Of a stretch of 64,000 bases of DNA, positions 1 to 9,673 are shown piece by piece. Positions within the stretch are counted from its first letter, which is position 1; each line of letters opens with the position of its first letter. The stretch covers positions 224,001 to 288,000 of the forward strand of contig CAVXZB010000019.1 in the NCBI GenBank assembly GCA_963765895.1, written 5' to 3'. Origin of the DNA: an uncultured Nitrososphaeraceae archaeon. GTDB taxonomy: Archaea > Thermoproteota > Nitrososphaeria > Nitrososphaerales > Nitrososphaeraceae. The notes below the pieces were generated by a model, which was not told where the DNA came from, ran no database searches, and was given only the letters and a program-made list of their open reading frames with translations. Made by a program: the position numbers and the translations under genes.

Positions 1-18
1 GGCTAGCTCTCTAGGCAC
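1..18 (-). CDS. spt4: Transcription elongation factor Spt4 (RpoE''), 5' fragment running off the window
   Basis: GTG CCT AGA GAG CTA GCC (MPRELA) starts immediately after the rpoE1 stop; rpoE1-spt4 is the usual archaeal order. Only 6 codons are visible. Confidence 0.55.
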
Positions 19-621
19 CTATTTAGTACCTCCGCCCTTTTTCTCCTTCCCAGGAGGTATGGTTTGAGCCTGTCTCGCTTTCTTTACTTCCTGTTCAATC
101 CATTCATTTGATCCCAAGAACGGTTGTCTGCAGGTGATTCCGATTTTTCCCATACCCGTACCTTTTCCAAGGCTAATCGCAGTGACTCTTGCTCTAATCT
201 TTGAACCAATTTTCAAGGATTTTGCGGTCTGATTAGCAATAATTATACCTTGTTTAACGTCGCTCTTTAGATAGTCATCTGTAATTTGAGATAAATGCAG
301 AAGTGCATCTGTGGGACCAACTCTAACAAAGGCGCCAAAATCAGTTATTTCAACTATCTCTCCCTCTACGACTTCCTGTAATTTGGGATAAAAGGTAAGA
401 GCTTTAAATTGGACCTTATGGTACGTTGAGCCGTCGCCAGCCACCAGCTTGCCAACAGCATTTGCTGAAGCGTCGACTATCATAATGACGTATCCCAATT
501 CCGGACTAATCATACTCTCATATTTCTCCTTCAAAATAGTAATAGCAGTATTTTTTAAGGAACTTGTCAATCTGTTAGGAGGAATCCTGACAACATCATT
601 CATATGGATTATGAGAAACAT
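19..621 (-). CDS. rpoE1: DNA-directed RNA polymerase subunit E' (Rpo7)
   Basis: 200 aa; DVVRIPP, GDGSTYH, S1 domain EITDFGAFVRVGPTDALLHLSQI, C-terminal RQPFLG. Confidence 0.96.
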   Translation of the reverse strand: MFLIIHMNDVVRIPPNRLTSSLKNTAITILKEKYESMISPELGYVIMIVDASANAVGKLVAGDGSTYHKVQFKALTFYPKLQEVVEGEIVEITDFGAFVRVGPTDALLHLSQITDDYLKSDVKQGIIIANQTAKSLKIGSKIRARVTAISLGKGTGMGKIGITCRQPFLGSNEWIEQEVKKARQAQTIPPGKEKKGGGTK

Positions 622-701
622 CTGTAGGAATTGTCACCAAATATGAATTTATTAACCTTTGGCCGATTTGAAAGAATTCTGCTCACAGTTGATTATAGCA
701 T

Positions 702-1250
702 TTAATATACAATTTCAAGCTTTATTGATGCGTCTGTCAATTCAAAGTTAGAATCCATATCGATTGTAGTCCTGAACATGGAGCGGAAAAAGCTTTCAAA
801 GAATTTTGAGCCTTTTCTCCCCAGTCTATGTCTTACTACAATCGTTCTTCCAGTTGGCCGTTTCACTTCGTCATACGTACCAAGATGGCCATAACGACAC
901 ATTATTTTCTCAACATATTCAAATACATTCTCGTTAGTTAAGTCCTTCCTCCAAAAAACAATGGTATCTCTGGGTACAGAACCTCCTAACTTGGCTCCTA
1001 ACACAGAGATAGTATCTTCATCTAATGAATCTATTAATGTGGTCAACAGCTCTCTGTTAACTATTACCATGTCGATTTTAGACAGGAATCTCGTAAATTC
1101 TGCAAATCTTCTTAGTATTATTCCTACAACGGAGTTTACTGAAACACCCATGCGTTCTGCCTCCTCGTCTAAAACCTTAGATAACTCCTGGTCAAACCTA
1201 AATGACCGCGTTATTGTATCGGACCTAGCATCAGAAGATTTATGAGACAA
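702..1250 (-). CDS. Hypothetical protein with N-terminal ribbon-helix-helix-like DNA-binding motif
   Basis: 182 aa; TITRSFRFDQELSKVLDEEAERMGVSVNSVVGIILRRF fits the RHH pattern. Confidence 0.75.
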   Translation of the reverse strand: MSHKSSDARSDTITRSFRFDQELSKVLDEEAERMGVSVNSVVGIILRRFAEFTRFLSKIDMVIVNRELLTTLIDSLDEDTISVLGAKLGGSVPRDTIVFWRKDLTNENVFEYVEKIMCRYGHLGTYDEVKRPTGRTIVVRHRLGRKGSKFFESFFRSMFRTTIDMDSNFELTDASIKLEIVY

Positions 1251-1504
1251 GTGCTGAATAGATAGGCTTTCAAGGAGCCTGATAATAAACTAGATCATAA
1301 TATCTCAGTCCTCATGTCGGGCAATCTCGGCTGGCCGAAGAGATTCAAATGCTTCCTACCAAATAGACAAAAAATCTGGAATTTTGTCTGCACATAAAAT
1401 GTCAAAGTGTAAGTGCCATTCATCAAAATTACACTTATACAAGTGGGATCATTGAATAACCTACACCATTTAAATATCGCTAGGCCGAATTTTTGATGGT
1501 TAAG

Positions 1505-2599
1505 ATGGTTCATGTGGATCAAGTTATGTCAACACTGAGGCAAGTTGTTGATCCTGAACTTCACAGGGATATTGTCTCCATGGGGATGATCAAAGATCTC
1601 TCAATTGAAGGCGGAAAAGTAGCTTTTACTTTAGAATTGACGACGCCTGCTTGTCCGTTTAATAGCGAGATCGAAGAGGATGTTCGTAATCGTATGGCTG
1701 ATATAGGGATAAAAGATTTAGACTTAAGAGTCACAGCCCGAGTCACAGAAGGTAGAGCAGTATCTATGGATGAACTTTTGCCCGGAGTCAAAAATATTAT
1801 TGCTGTCGCAAGCGGCAAAGGCGGAGTAGGCAAAACTACTGTGGCTGTTAATCTTGCCGTAGCACTTTCTAAAACTGGCGCAAAAGTAGGACTCTTGGAT
1901 GCCGACATTTATGGCCCTAGTGTCCCTCTGTTTATGGGCATTAAGGAAACGCCAGAAGTCATTGATGGGAAAATTCAACCGGTAATTACCAATGGGGTAA
2001 AAGTGATCTCTATGGGATTTTTCTATGAGCAATCCCAACAAGCTGGTATTTATAGAGGGCCCATCGTTTCAGGCATTGTTAAACAATTTATCACCGATGT
2101 AAATTGGGCTGAGCTCGATTATTTAATAATAGATCTACCGCCGGGAACAGGTGATGCACCTTTAACAATGGCACAAACTATTCCAATTACAGGCATTTTA
2201 ATTGTTACAACCCCTCAAGATGTTGCCATGAATGTCGCTATTAAAGCCATTGGAATGTTCAACAAATTGAATATACCAATTGTCGGTGTTATAGAGAATA
2301 TGAGTTATCTGGAATGTCCTAAATGCAAGGAACACATAACCATATTTGGGAGTGGTGGTGGCAAGAAAGTTAGTGAAAAATTCGGCATACCTTTTGTCGG
2401 TTCTATTCCACTTAACCCTGATATAATGGCAAATAGTGACAGTGGCAATCCGATTCCCTTGATAAGTCCAAAGTCAGATCAGGCGCAGAATATTGACAAG
2501 ATTGCAAGACAGACGGCTGGCAGAATAAGCATAATTGCGAACGAATTGAAATCCCAACAAGAGGCAGAAACAGCCGGAAAGGTATCCGCGACCACATAG
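1505..2599 (+). CDS. mrp: Mrp/NBP35 (ApbC) Fe-S cluster carrier ATPase
   Basis: N-terminal DUF59-like domain (VVDPELHRDIV, TTPACP), P-loop GKGGVGKTT, DLPPGTGD, CPKC; start placed at ATG 1505. Confidence 0.94.
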   Translation: MVHVDQVMSTLRQVVDPELHRDIVSMGMIKDLSIEGGKVAFTLELTTPACPFNSEIEEDVRNRMADIGIKDLDLRVTARVTEGRAVSMDELLPGVKNIIAVASGKGGVGKTTVAVNLAVALSKTGAKVGLLDADIYGPSVPLFMGIKETPEVIDGKIQPVITNGVKVISMGFFYEQSQQAGIYRGPIVSGIVKQFITDVNWAELDYLIIDLPPGTGDAPLTMAQTIPITGILIVTTPQDVAMNVAIKAIGMFNKLNIPIVGVIENMSYLECPKCKEHITIFGSGGGKKVSEKFGIPFVGSIPLNPDIMANSDSGNPIPLISPKSDQAQNIDKIARQTAGRISIIANELKSQQEAETAGKVSATT

Positions 2600-2616
2600 A
2601 GCAGTACTCTAGTATA

Positions 2617-3156
2617 ATGCGTTTCACCGAAACTGAGAGAAATGCATTAAAGAAGCCATTTGGCGAACTTGTACCGCAAGCTAAGATTACAAGAAGCAGT
2701 ATCGTTAAATTCCTAGGAAATTGCCGATCCGTTGCTTCGGTAGGAGATGAAACAACGAATGTATTATTGACTTTTGGAATAGTTCCAACTATTTCTATTA
2801 CCGACGGTAAAACAATGCGCAAAATGATTAGAACATCCAAAAATCGAAAATACGACTCACTGATAAATTACTTACGTGATGATCGGATTGCTGAATTACG
2901 ATGCAAAAATCCGGCTGGATCCATTTCTGACGAAGCCTATGGGCTAATTATAAGATCCATTCAAAGTGGAATTCGTGTCAAGATACTAGTCGATGGGGAA
3001 GAAGATCTCCTAGCAATCCCATTATTTGCCTTTCTTCCGAAAAGATCCGTTCTTGCATACGGTCAACCTAATGAGGGCTTGGTTTTGACCAGGATAGGCC
3101 CAAAGATTCAGACTGTGGCCAAAGATTTATTGACCCGATTTGACATTACTATCTAA
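2617..3156 (+). CDS. GTP-dependent dephospho-CoA kinase (DUF359 family)
   Basis: LKKPFG, SVGD, DGKTMR, NPAGSI, VDGEEDLLAIP, YGQPNEG motifs. Confidence 0.88.
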   Translation: MRFTETERNALKKPFGELVPQAKITRSSIVKFLGNCRSVASVGDETTNVLLTFGIVPTISITDGKTMRKMIRTSKNRKYDSLINYLRDDRIAELRCKNPAGSISDEAYGLIIRSIQSGIRVKILVDGEEDLLAIPLFAFLPKRSVLAYGQPNEGLVLTRIGPKIQTVAKDLLTRFDITI

Positions 3157-3160
3157 TGGC

Positions 3161-3226
3161 GGAAATGATGATACGGTGGCTAGATGACAAGGAAAAACTC
3201 ATGATTAATCCTCATATGTCTGATCC
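3161..3226 (+). ncRNA. Candidate C/D box sRNA (2'-O-methylation guide)
   Basis: C box ATGATGA 3165-3171, 12-nt guide, D' ATGA 3184-3187, C' ATGATTA 3201-3207, 12-nt guide, D CTGA 3220-3223, terminal GGA/TCC stem. Confidence 0.7.
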
Positions 3227-3664
3227 AAAACTCCCTGTTTGAAATTTTTCGTTAGCAGAATTGAATTGGAGATTGAATTGGCTAAAGAAAATTTCTTGGC
3301 ATAAAATCCCATTTCCTTATATAATTAATTCGCCGCAAGTCACATACAAAAGTGATTTGACATGAGAACATAATCTAGATTAAAGCCTATTGCAATTTGC
3401 AAATTTCTAAAATCTATTGGGTAATTGGAAATGAGAAAGCCAATAACTGCTTATTGCTCAAGGTGTGTGACATTCACAGGTACATTTTACCAAAACGACG
3501 TCAAACGAACAATCGTGGGTAGCACCTCCATAGCCTTCAACGGGCCAATCTATGGGACATTCTGAATGTCTTCCCCGTTTACAAAAAAAAGTCAGATGCA
3601 ATTCTAAAATTACATTAGACTTTGTACTATAAATTCCTTAATGGGTATTGCTTTTATGCTATCG

Positions 3665-3925
3665 CTATATGTTGATATTAAAGAGCTGTGGAGCATATAT
3701 CGAACCGTCTCTGACATGTTTAACCCTGGCCACAGAAAGGTAATGCGGCCATATTGTTACCAAAATGCTACCTTCGGGAACACCTTCAGGAACATCAATT
3801 ATTTGAATATCATCAGAATTTACACCGTATTCATTGAGCTTTTGCTTGCTTAAAATAACCATCTCCTGAGAGAGACCACTATTATAAACATACACTTTTC
3901 CAGTATAGTCGATGTGATCAATCAA
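3665..3925 (-). CDS. Small hypothetical protein
   Basis: 86-aa ORF with globular alpha/beta composition in an otherwise non-coding region; no family recognised. Confidence 0.6.
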   Translation of the reverse strand: MIDHIDYTGKVYVYNSGLSQEMVILSKQKLNEYGVNSDDIQIIDVPEGVPEGSILVTIWPHYLSVARVKHVRDGSIYAPQLFNINI

Positions 3926-4400
3926 TCTGTATACTGTCCTGATAGCGAATACTAAAAATGTACCGGTTCCTCTCTAGTCTATTGAGTTATAAATAATCTT
4001 TTGTAAGTGGTTAAAGATAATGTGTCACTGGTCAGATTGCCAAGCTTTCGCGAGGGCGATTCAATTTTGATGCCAAAAAAAGTTAGCGCATAGCAATGGA
4101 AAATGACTTAAGGCTTTTTAGCAAAGTTGAAAAGTGTGAATTGAGATATATTTTCTCGAATATACTGAGCAGATTAGAATTTTATCATTTCCGACATTAA
4201 GAATTAATTACTGCATATGCTTATATTAATTCAGCAGTTAGAGTTCTGTCAGTCAATTGCTTCAAATGCTTTCAGTTATGACATTGAAAAGGTATTCAAA
4301 TCTTCCAAAGGTTCAATCATAAAGTTCTTACAGTTGTCCTCATCAGACACTAATTGGAATGCAGAATCTGCCATACCGTTTAAATGGTAGAGAATTCACC

Positions 4401-4629
4401 CTAATGCCTTTGTAAAGACTTCTTTCGGAATTTTTTTAGCTCCCAAAATCCCAAAACAAGAAAAGCTACACCTAATGCAATAAGAAGAAAATCTGCAGGC
4501 AGAATCATTTTCCAAAGGCTATTCACTGCTGGCAGCAGATATAAAGAGCAAAGCAAGAAAGATTAGCGCAATGCCCGTGATAATTTCGCCATTAATTTTT
4601 GTCATAGCTGATTTATTTACTTCATTCAT
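4401..4629 (-). CDS. Small two-TM membrane protein (apparent +1 frameshift near 4530)
   Basis: Not in the ORF track. MNEVNKSAMTKINGEIITGIALIFLALLFISAA continues, after removing one base, as AVNSLWKMILPADFLLIALGVAFLVLGFWELKKFRKKSLQRH*; span is 228+1 nt. Confidence 0.6.
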
Positions 4630-5042
4630 TGCGTAAAAAAGTTTGCATATATAACGGGATGCATCCGATACTCTATTGTCATAAATTTCCGTATACAAAT
4701 TAACCGAGTACTAATCTTATAATATATGCTAGACTGATAATTCTTTGATGCGGCTGTCTTGAAGTCATTTATACATCAGCAAAATTATTTAGAACTAAGG
4801 ATTTCTTTTAAACTACTAGGAGTATTGTAGAACAACTAATCTGCATATTCTAAATGATTATACTAACTACTCAGCAGAGTACTGCAAAAACCTCTATCAA
4901 GCCAAACTGTTCTGCGGAGATAGTAATCAGATAACGATTAGAGTGCAGTTTGTAACTGACATTGAGATTGAATTGATTTTCGGCATTCATATTGATAGCA
5001 AAAATCTAAAAATATTAGTCAGATATAGATTCTAATTGTTTT

Positions 5043-6072
5043 TCAAGTATAAAGGCCTGCAGAAACTAGACTGGTAAACTGCTGAGTTGATATCTCTCCT
5101 CCAAGATCTTTAGTTTTCCTATTTGAAATCAACAATTTAACAATTGAGTTTTCGATCAACTGACCAGCGATATGAGTTTCCCTATCGTGATACCTTTCAG
5201 ACAGCCAGTCTAGCATTAGTTTTGTTGAAAGCAGAATAGAAGATGGATTTGCGATATTTTTTCCTGCAATATCAAAGGCGGCTCCGTGAACTGGTTCGAA
5301 TAGACCATAATTATATCCAATATTTGCTGCAGGTCCCATACCTAAGCCTCCGACCAATTGAGCGGCTTCGTCTGACAAAATGTCACCATAAAGATTTGTT
5401 GTCAAGACAATATCATGTGAAGCCGGATTTCTTATCAAATCCATTGCAAAAGCATCTACGTATGATTCTTTGTAATCTATGTCTGGATTTTTGGCGAGCG
5501 ATTGCTCTGCACGCAGTAAGGAATAGGCCATCTGTCTTACGCATGACATTCGCCTTATGTACTGCAACAACCTGATTACTTTTGCGTCTTGTTCTACAGA
5601 GCCTAAACGCGTAATCCGCAATTCTCAGAGATGCTTTCTCAGTGATCAATCTAATTGCCACCGCTGTCTTATCATCAGTGTTAAACTCCCATCCAACATA
5701 CAGATCTTCAGTGTTCTCCCGTACTGTGACCAAATCAATTTGATGCGAAAAACAATCGATATTTGGATAAGATTTTGCTGGTCGGATATTTGCATATAGA
5801 TCAAGGGTCCTTCTTAAGACTATTATGACATCGGCGGCGCATTCGCCAACTGGACCCTTTAAACAGGCATCCGTACTCTTAACTGTCTGTATCGTAGATT
5901 CCGGGAGTGGACTCCCAAGTTCATTTTTAGCATAATCACCTGCTTCGCATTCAATCAAGGTGAATTTTACTTTAGAATGATCATTAATGGTCTCAAGTAC
6001 AGTTCTAGCAGAATCGATAAGATCTGGTCCTATACCATCTCCCTTTATAAGCGCAATTTTATACCTACCCAT
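5043..6072 (-). CDS. leuB: 3-isopropylmalate dehydrogenase family protein (apparent frameshift near 5490)
   Basis: GDGIGP, RENTEDLY, HKANV in ORF 5413-6072; TTNLYGDILSD, FEPVHGAAFDIAGK in ORF 5043-5621; joined by deleting one base of a homopolymer. Confidence 0.88.
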
Positions 6073-6342
6073 ATTACAATCTCACATCATCGAATGTTAC
6101 TCCCTTCTCAAAAAGTCTTCCTGAATATACAGGAAAGCCAGAGCAAAATATTTCGTGTCACAAAAAGTCAACCAACACATCTCGATTGGATCTAACCAAT
6201 AATTCTTTTAATCAAAGTCTTGTTTGGTAATGAATGATCCTATATCTTCGTAGTCCAAAAGATATCAGTTGGCGCTTTCGTACTAGGACATCGAGCGCTC
6301 CGCAAAAATTTTTGATCTTAAATTATCGAAATTTCAAACTGT

Positions 6343-6864
6343 TTACGCACCTCTTGGCAAAGCAGATACACCTGTCCTTGCAATCTGCGTAATCCCGTAA
6401 TGAGCTACCAAGTTCTTGAAAGCATCGATTTTATCCGGGGTTCCTATGATTTCGACTATAATGTTCTCTTTTGCTATATCCAGTACATTAGCCCTAAAAA
6501 TAGATGCATAATTTATTATTTCCATTCTTATCGCAGGTTCAATGGCCTTCATTTTTATCAAAGCAAGCTCGCGATAAACTGTCCTGTCCTTGTCCAGAAC
6601 CGTGACTTCTACAACATCAATTAATTTTCTCAGTTGTTTGACGAGCTGGTCCACTGTTCTCTCATCGCTTTTGGTTGTAATGGTCATTCTGGACAGATCA
6701 GGCATTTCAGTGGATCCAACAGTTATACTCTCGATATTAAAATTGCGAGCGCGAAATAGATTTGTTACCCTAAAGAGTACTCCAGGTTTGTTTTCCACTA
6801 GCGAGGAGAGAATATAAAGTGGAACAGCCTTATCAGCTGATTCAATTTCACTACTTATTGTCAT
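6343..6864 (-). CDS. ilvN: Acetolactate synthase small (regulatory) subunit
   Basis: ACT domain VENKPGVLFRVTNLFRARNFNIESI; ARTG motif; directly follows ilvB. Confidence 0.95.
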   Translation of the reverse strand: MTISSEIESADKAVPLYILSSLVENKPGVLFRVTNLFRARNFNIESITVGSTEMPDLSRMTITTKSDERTVDQLVKQLRKLIDVVEVTVLDKDRTVYRELALIKMKAIEPAIRMEIINYASIFRANVLDIAKENIIVEIIGTPDKIDAFKNLVAHYGITQIARTGVSALPRGA

Positions 6865-6868
6865 TTGA

Positions 6869-8557
6869 TCAAGCGCCTGTAATCATATCTTTTAAGCTAG
6901 TTCCCGGAGCCACAAATGGATAAACGTCCTCTTCAGGATCTATAGTAATATCTATGACTGTAGCCACATCGCTCTTCAATCCAATTCTGATGGCCTTTTC
7001 AAGTTCCTGAATGGATTGCGCTTTTATGCCCTGCGCACCATATGCTTCTGCAATTTTTGAGTAATCGGGACAGCTATTCTGGTGTACTCCCATATACCTT
7101 CTATTATAGAAAGTTCTCTGCCATTGTGCGACCATTCCTAACATATAGTTATTCATCAAAAAGACAATTACCGGCAAATTATCGAGAACTGATACTGCCA
7201 ACGAATTCTCGGTCATATTGAACGAACCATCGCCAGCAATATCTACAACTGGCACTGATGGCCTGGCAGCCTTAGCTCCTATCGAGGCTGGAAATCCAAA
7301 TCCCATAGGACCTAAGCCTGTAGAGCTGAAAAATGTGCCCGGAGACGTCACATCAAAATGAAGTGACGCCCACATCTGGCATTGACCTACCTCTGTTGTT
7401 GTTATTGCTTCATTTGGTAGTATTTCTCTTAACTTCTTCAATGCCTTTTTTGCAGTCAAGTCTCTTGCATAATCTTTAATTGTTTCCGAAAAATAGTCGA
7501 TCAGTTCCTTTCTTCTTCTTAGCCAGGGGTTGTCCTTCTCCCTCCTAATCACCTCATTCGAAAGCATCTTCACAAGAGTCTTTAGCGATGCTTTAACGTC
7601 TCCGACTACCGCAACATCGACTAACTTGTTTTTGCCTATTTCAGCGGGATCTATGTCCATGTGAATGATGTTCATTCCCTTCCCGAACTCATCAAATCTA
7701 CCAACCGATCTATCTGAAAATCTAGCACCCACTGCCAATATACAATCTGCTTCTACAATTATCTTATTAGCCTCAGCATGGCCGTGCATACCAATCGGAC
7801 CCATTGCGAGGGGATGATTCTCAGGGAAGGCTCCCTTTCCTTTGAATGTCGTTACGACCGGGATCAAAAGCAATTCTGCCAAAGCTTGCAGTTCTGAAAA
7901 CGCTCCAGATAATATGACACCGCCTCCGGCCATTATTATTGGCCTTTCTGAATTCATTAAAAGCCGAACGGTCTTTCCTAGTTGGGATAAATCCGCGTCG
8001 AACAACGGATTATAACCCCTCACTTTTATAAGGTCTGGAAAGGGAATGTCGTCGTTAGCTTGCTGCACATCCTTGGGTATGTCAATGAGGACTGGCCCTG
8101 GTCTGCCACTTTCCGAAATATAAATAGCTTTCTTGACGGTTTCGGGTATTTCTGTAGGCGTTCGAGGTTGGAACGCGTATTTTGTGCATGGATTAGATAC
8201 ACCTATAATGTCGGTTTCTTGGAATGCATCTTTTCCTATCATCGCTAACGCAACCTGACCAGTAACGGCTAGAACTGGCGATGAATCAGCATAAGCAGTT
8301 GCTATTCCGGTTATCAAATTCGTCGCGCCAGGGCCGGAAGTAGCAAAGCAGACACCGACTTTCCTTTTAATCCTTGCATATCCGTCAGCCATATGAGCAG
8401 CAGACTGTTCATGGCGGACCAATATGTGTCGTAATTTTGAATCTACCAATGCGTCATATATAGGGAGATTCGCCCCACCAGGAAGACCAAATACGATTTC
8501 TACCCCATCCTTTTCTAAAGCAGTAAGCAAAGCTTTTGCTCCATTCATTTCTACCAT
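6869..8557 (-). CDS. ilvB: Acetolactate synthase large subunit
   Basis: 562 aa; FGLPGGA, RHEQSAAHMADGYAR, TSGPGATN, TPP motif GDGSFNM...NN. Confidence 0.97.
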   Translation of the reverse strand: MVEMNGAKALLTALEKDGVEIVFGLPGGANLPIYDALVDSKLRHILVRHEQSAAHMADGYARIKRKVGVCFATSGPGATNLITGIATAYADSSPVLAVTGQVALAMIGKDAFQETDIIGVSNPCTKYAFQPRTPTEIPETVKKAIYISESGRPGPVLIDIPKDVQQANDDIPFPDLIKVRGYNPLFDADLSQLGKTVRLLMNSERPIIMAGGGVILSGAFSELQALAELLLIPVVTTFKGKGAFPENHPLAMGPIGMHGHAEANKIIVEADCILAVGARFSDRSVGRFDEFGKGMNIIHMDIDPAEIGKNKLVDVAVVGDVKASLKTLVKMLSNEVIRREKDNPWLRRRKELIDYFSETIKDYARDLTAKKALKKLREILPNEAITTTEVGQCQMWASLHFDVTSPGTFFSSTGLGPMGFGFPASIGAKAARPSVPVVDIAGDGSFNMTENSLAVSVLDNLPVIVFLMNNYMLGMVAQWQRTFYNRRYMGVHQNSCPDYSKIAEAYGAQGIKAQSIQELEKAIRIGLKSDVATVIDITIDPEEDVYPFVAPGTSLKDMITGA

Positions 8558-8660
8558 TTATATACACTCCATTTAGAACAAGACAATCAATTCCTCATTC
8601 CGACAATCACGTTGCTATGACATTCCCGGCATAGAATTTGAGTTAATAGTTTTATATATT
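8558..8660 (-). promoter_or_regulatory. ilvB promoter and ~75-nt leader with mini-ORFs and SD-like GGAGTG
   Basis: TATATAAA box near 8651-8658; ATG at 8632; uORFs MPGMS*, (V)IVGMRN* and (L)IVLF*; GGAGTG upstream of the ilvB ATG. Confidence 0.45.
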
Positions 8661-8803
8661 AATGAATAAGAATGTAAACATACTGCCTGACTATTGGTGG
8701 TCATTTTAGTACCTCTGATATTGATAATAATTAATAAATTTTGTGTCGCCCCAGTTGTGGGAGGTTACACTGGATTAGTTACCTATCAAACCGCATCTGC
8801 TGC

Positions 8804-9604
8804 TTAGGCCTTTATCTCGGTTGATGCTTTCTCATCTCTAAAGACTTTATAAGCTTCATCCGCAGAGTAATTGTCGTGTACTATTGTCCTCACTGCCTTA
8901 GCCATTGGAACTGGAAATTCTGACTGCCAAATGTTCCTTCCCATATCAACACCAACTGCACCATCTCTGATGGCATTGTAGGCTAGATTCAATGCGTCCA
9001 TCTCTGTAGACTTCTTTCCCCCAGCGATAACGATAGGAACAGGACAACCTGTAACAACACTTCCAAAGTTATCACAGTAATATGTCTTAACAATATGTGC
9101 TCCTAATTCTGCTGCCACTCGGCATGCCAAACTCAGATACCTTGCATCCCTTACCATTTCCTTCCCAACTGCTGTTACCGCAAGGACAGGAATTCCATAC
9201 TTTTCGCCCTCGTCAACAAGTCTAGCCAGATTTGATAGAGATTGGTGCTCATATTTGCTACCTACAAATATTGACAAGGCTAAACAAGAGGCATTAACTC
9301 GAATCGCTTCTTCAATTGAAGTCGTAATTTCTTCATTAGAAAGGTCTTCGCCAATAATGGTCGAGCCACCAGAGACTCTTAATACAATGGGTACATCTAG
9401 CGCGGGATTTACAGACGTTCTCAGAATACCTCGAGTAAGCATTATAGAATCCACGAACTGTGCTAGTGGCCCGATAGTAGTCGATGGCACTTCAAGTTTA
9501 TCAGTGGGACCTAAGAAATACCCATGATCAACAGCTAACATTAAACATCTAGAATCGTCTGGTTTAATAATCTTGGATAATCGATTTCGCATTCCCCAAT
9601 CCAT
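8804..9604 (-). CDS. lsrF: LsrF-like DeoC/FbaB-family aldolase/thiolase
   Basis: MDWGMRNRLSKI, LAVDHGYFLGP, Schiff-base VKTYY, IAGGKK, GVDMGRNIWQS. Confidence 0.85.
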   Translation of the reverse strand: MDWGMRNRLSKIIKPDDSRCLMLAVDHGYFLGPTDKLEVPSTTIGPLAQFVDSIMLTRGILRTSVNPALDVPIVLRVSGGSTIIGEDLSNEEITTSIEEAIRVNASCLALSIFVGSKYEHQSLSNLARLVDEGEKYGIPVLAVTAVGKEMVRDARYLSLACRVAAELGAHIVKTYYCDNFGSVVTGCPVPIVIAGGKKSTEMDALNLAYNAIRDGAVGVDMGRNIWQSEFPVPMAKAVRTIVHDNYSADEAYKVFRDEKASTEIKA

Positions 9605-9673
9605 TTATCTTCCTACCATTCTATTTGAAATCGATATTTAAATATTGAAATTGTGTCTTGCGTCTGTTGAATT

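Noticed and set aside
3556-3570. Palindrome GACATTC-T-GAATGTC
   Set aside because: Single 7-bp inverted repeat, not tied to an evident promoter; expected by chance in 64 kb.
6073-6342. Possible leuA remnant between ilvN and leuB
   Set aside because: No convincing DTTLRDGEQ-like or other residual homology was readable.
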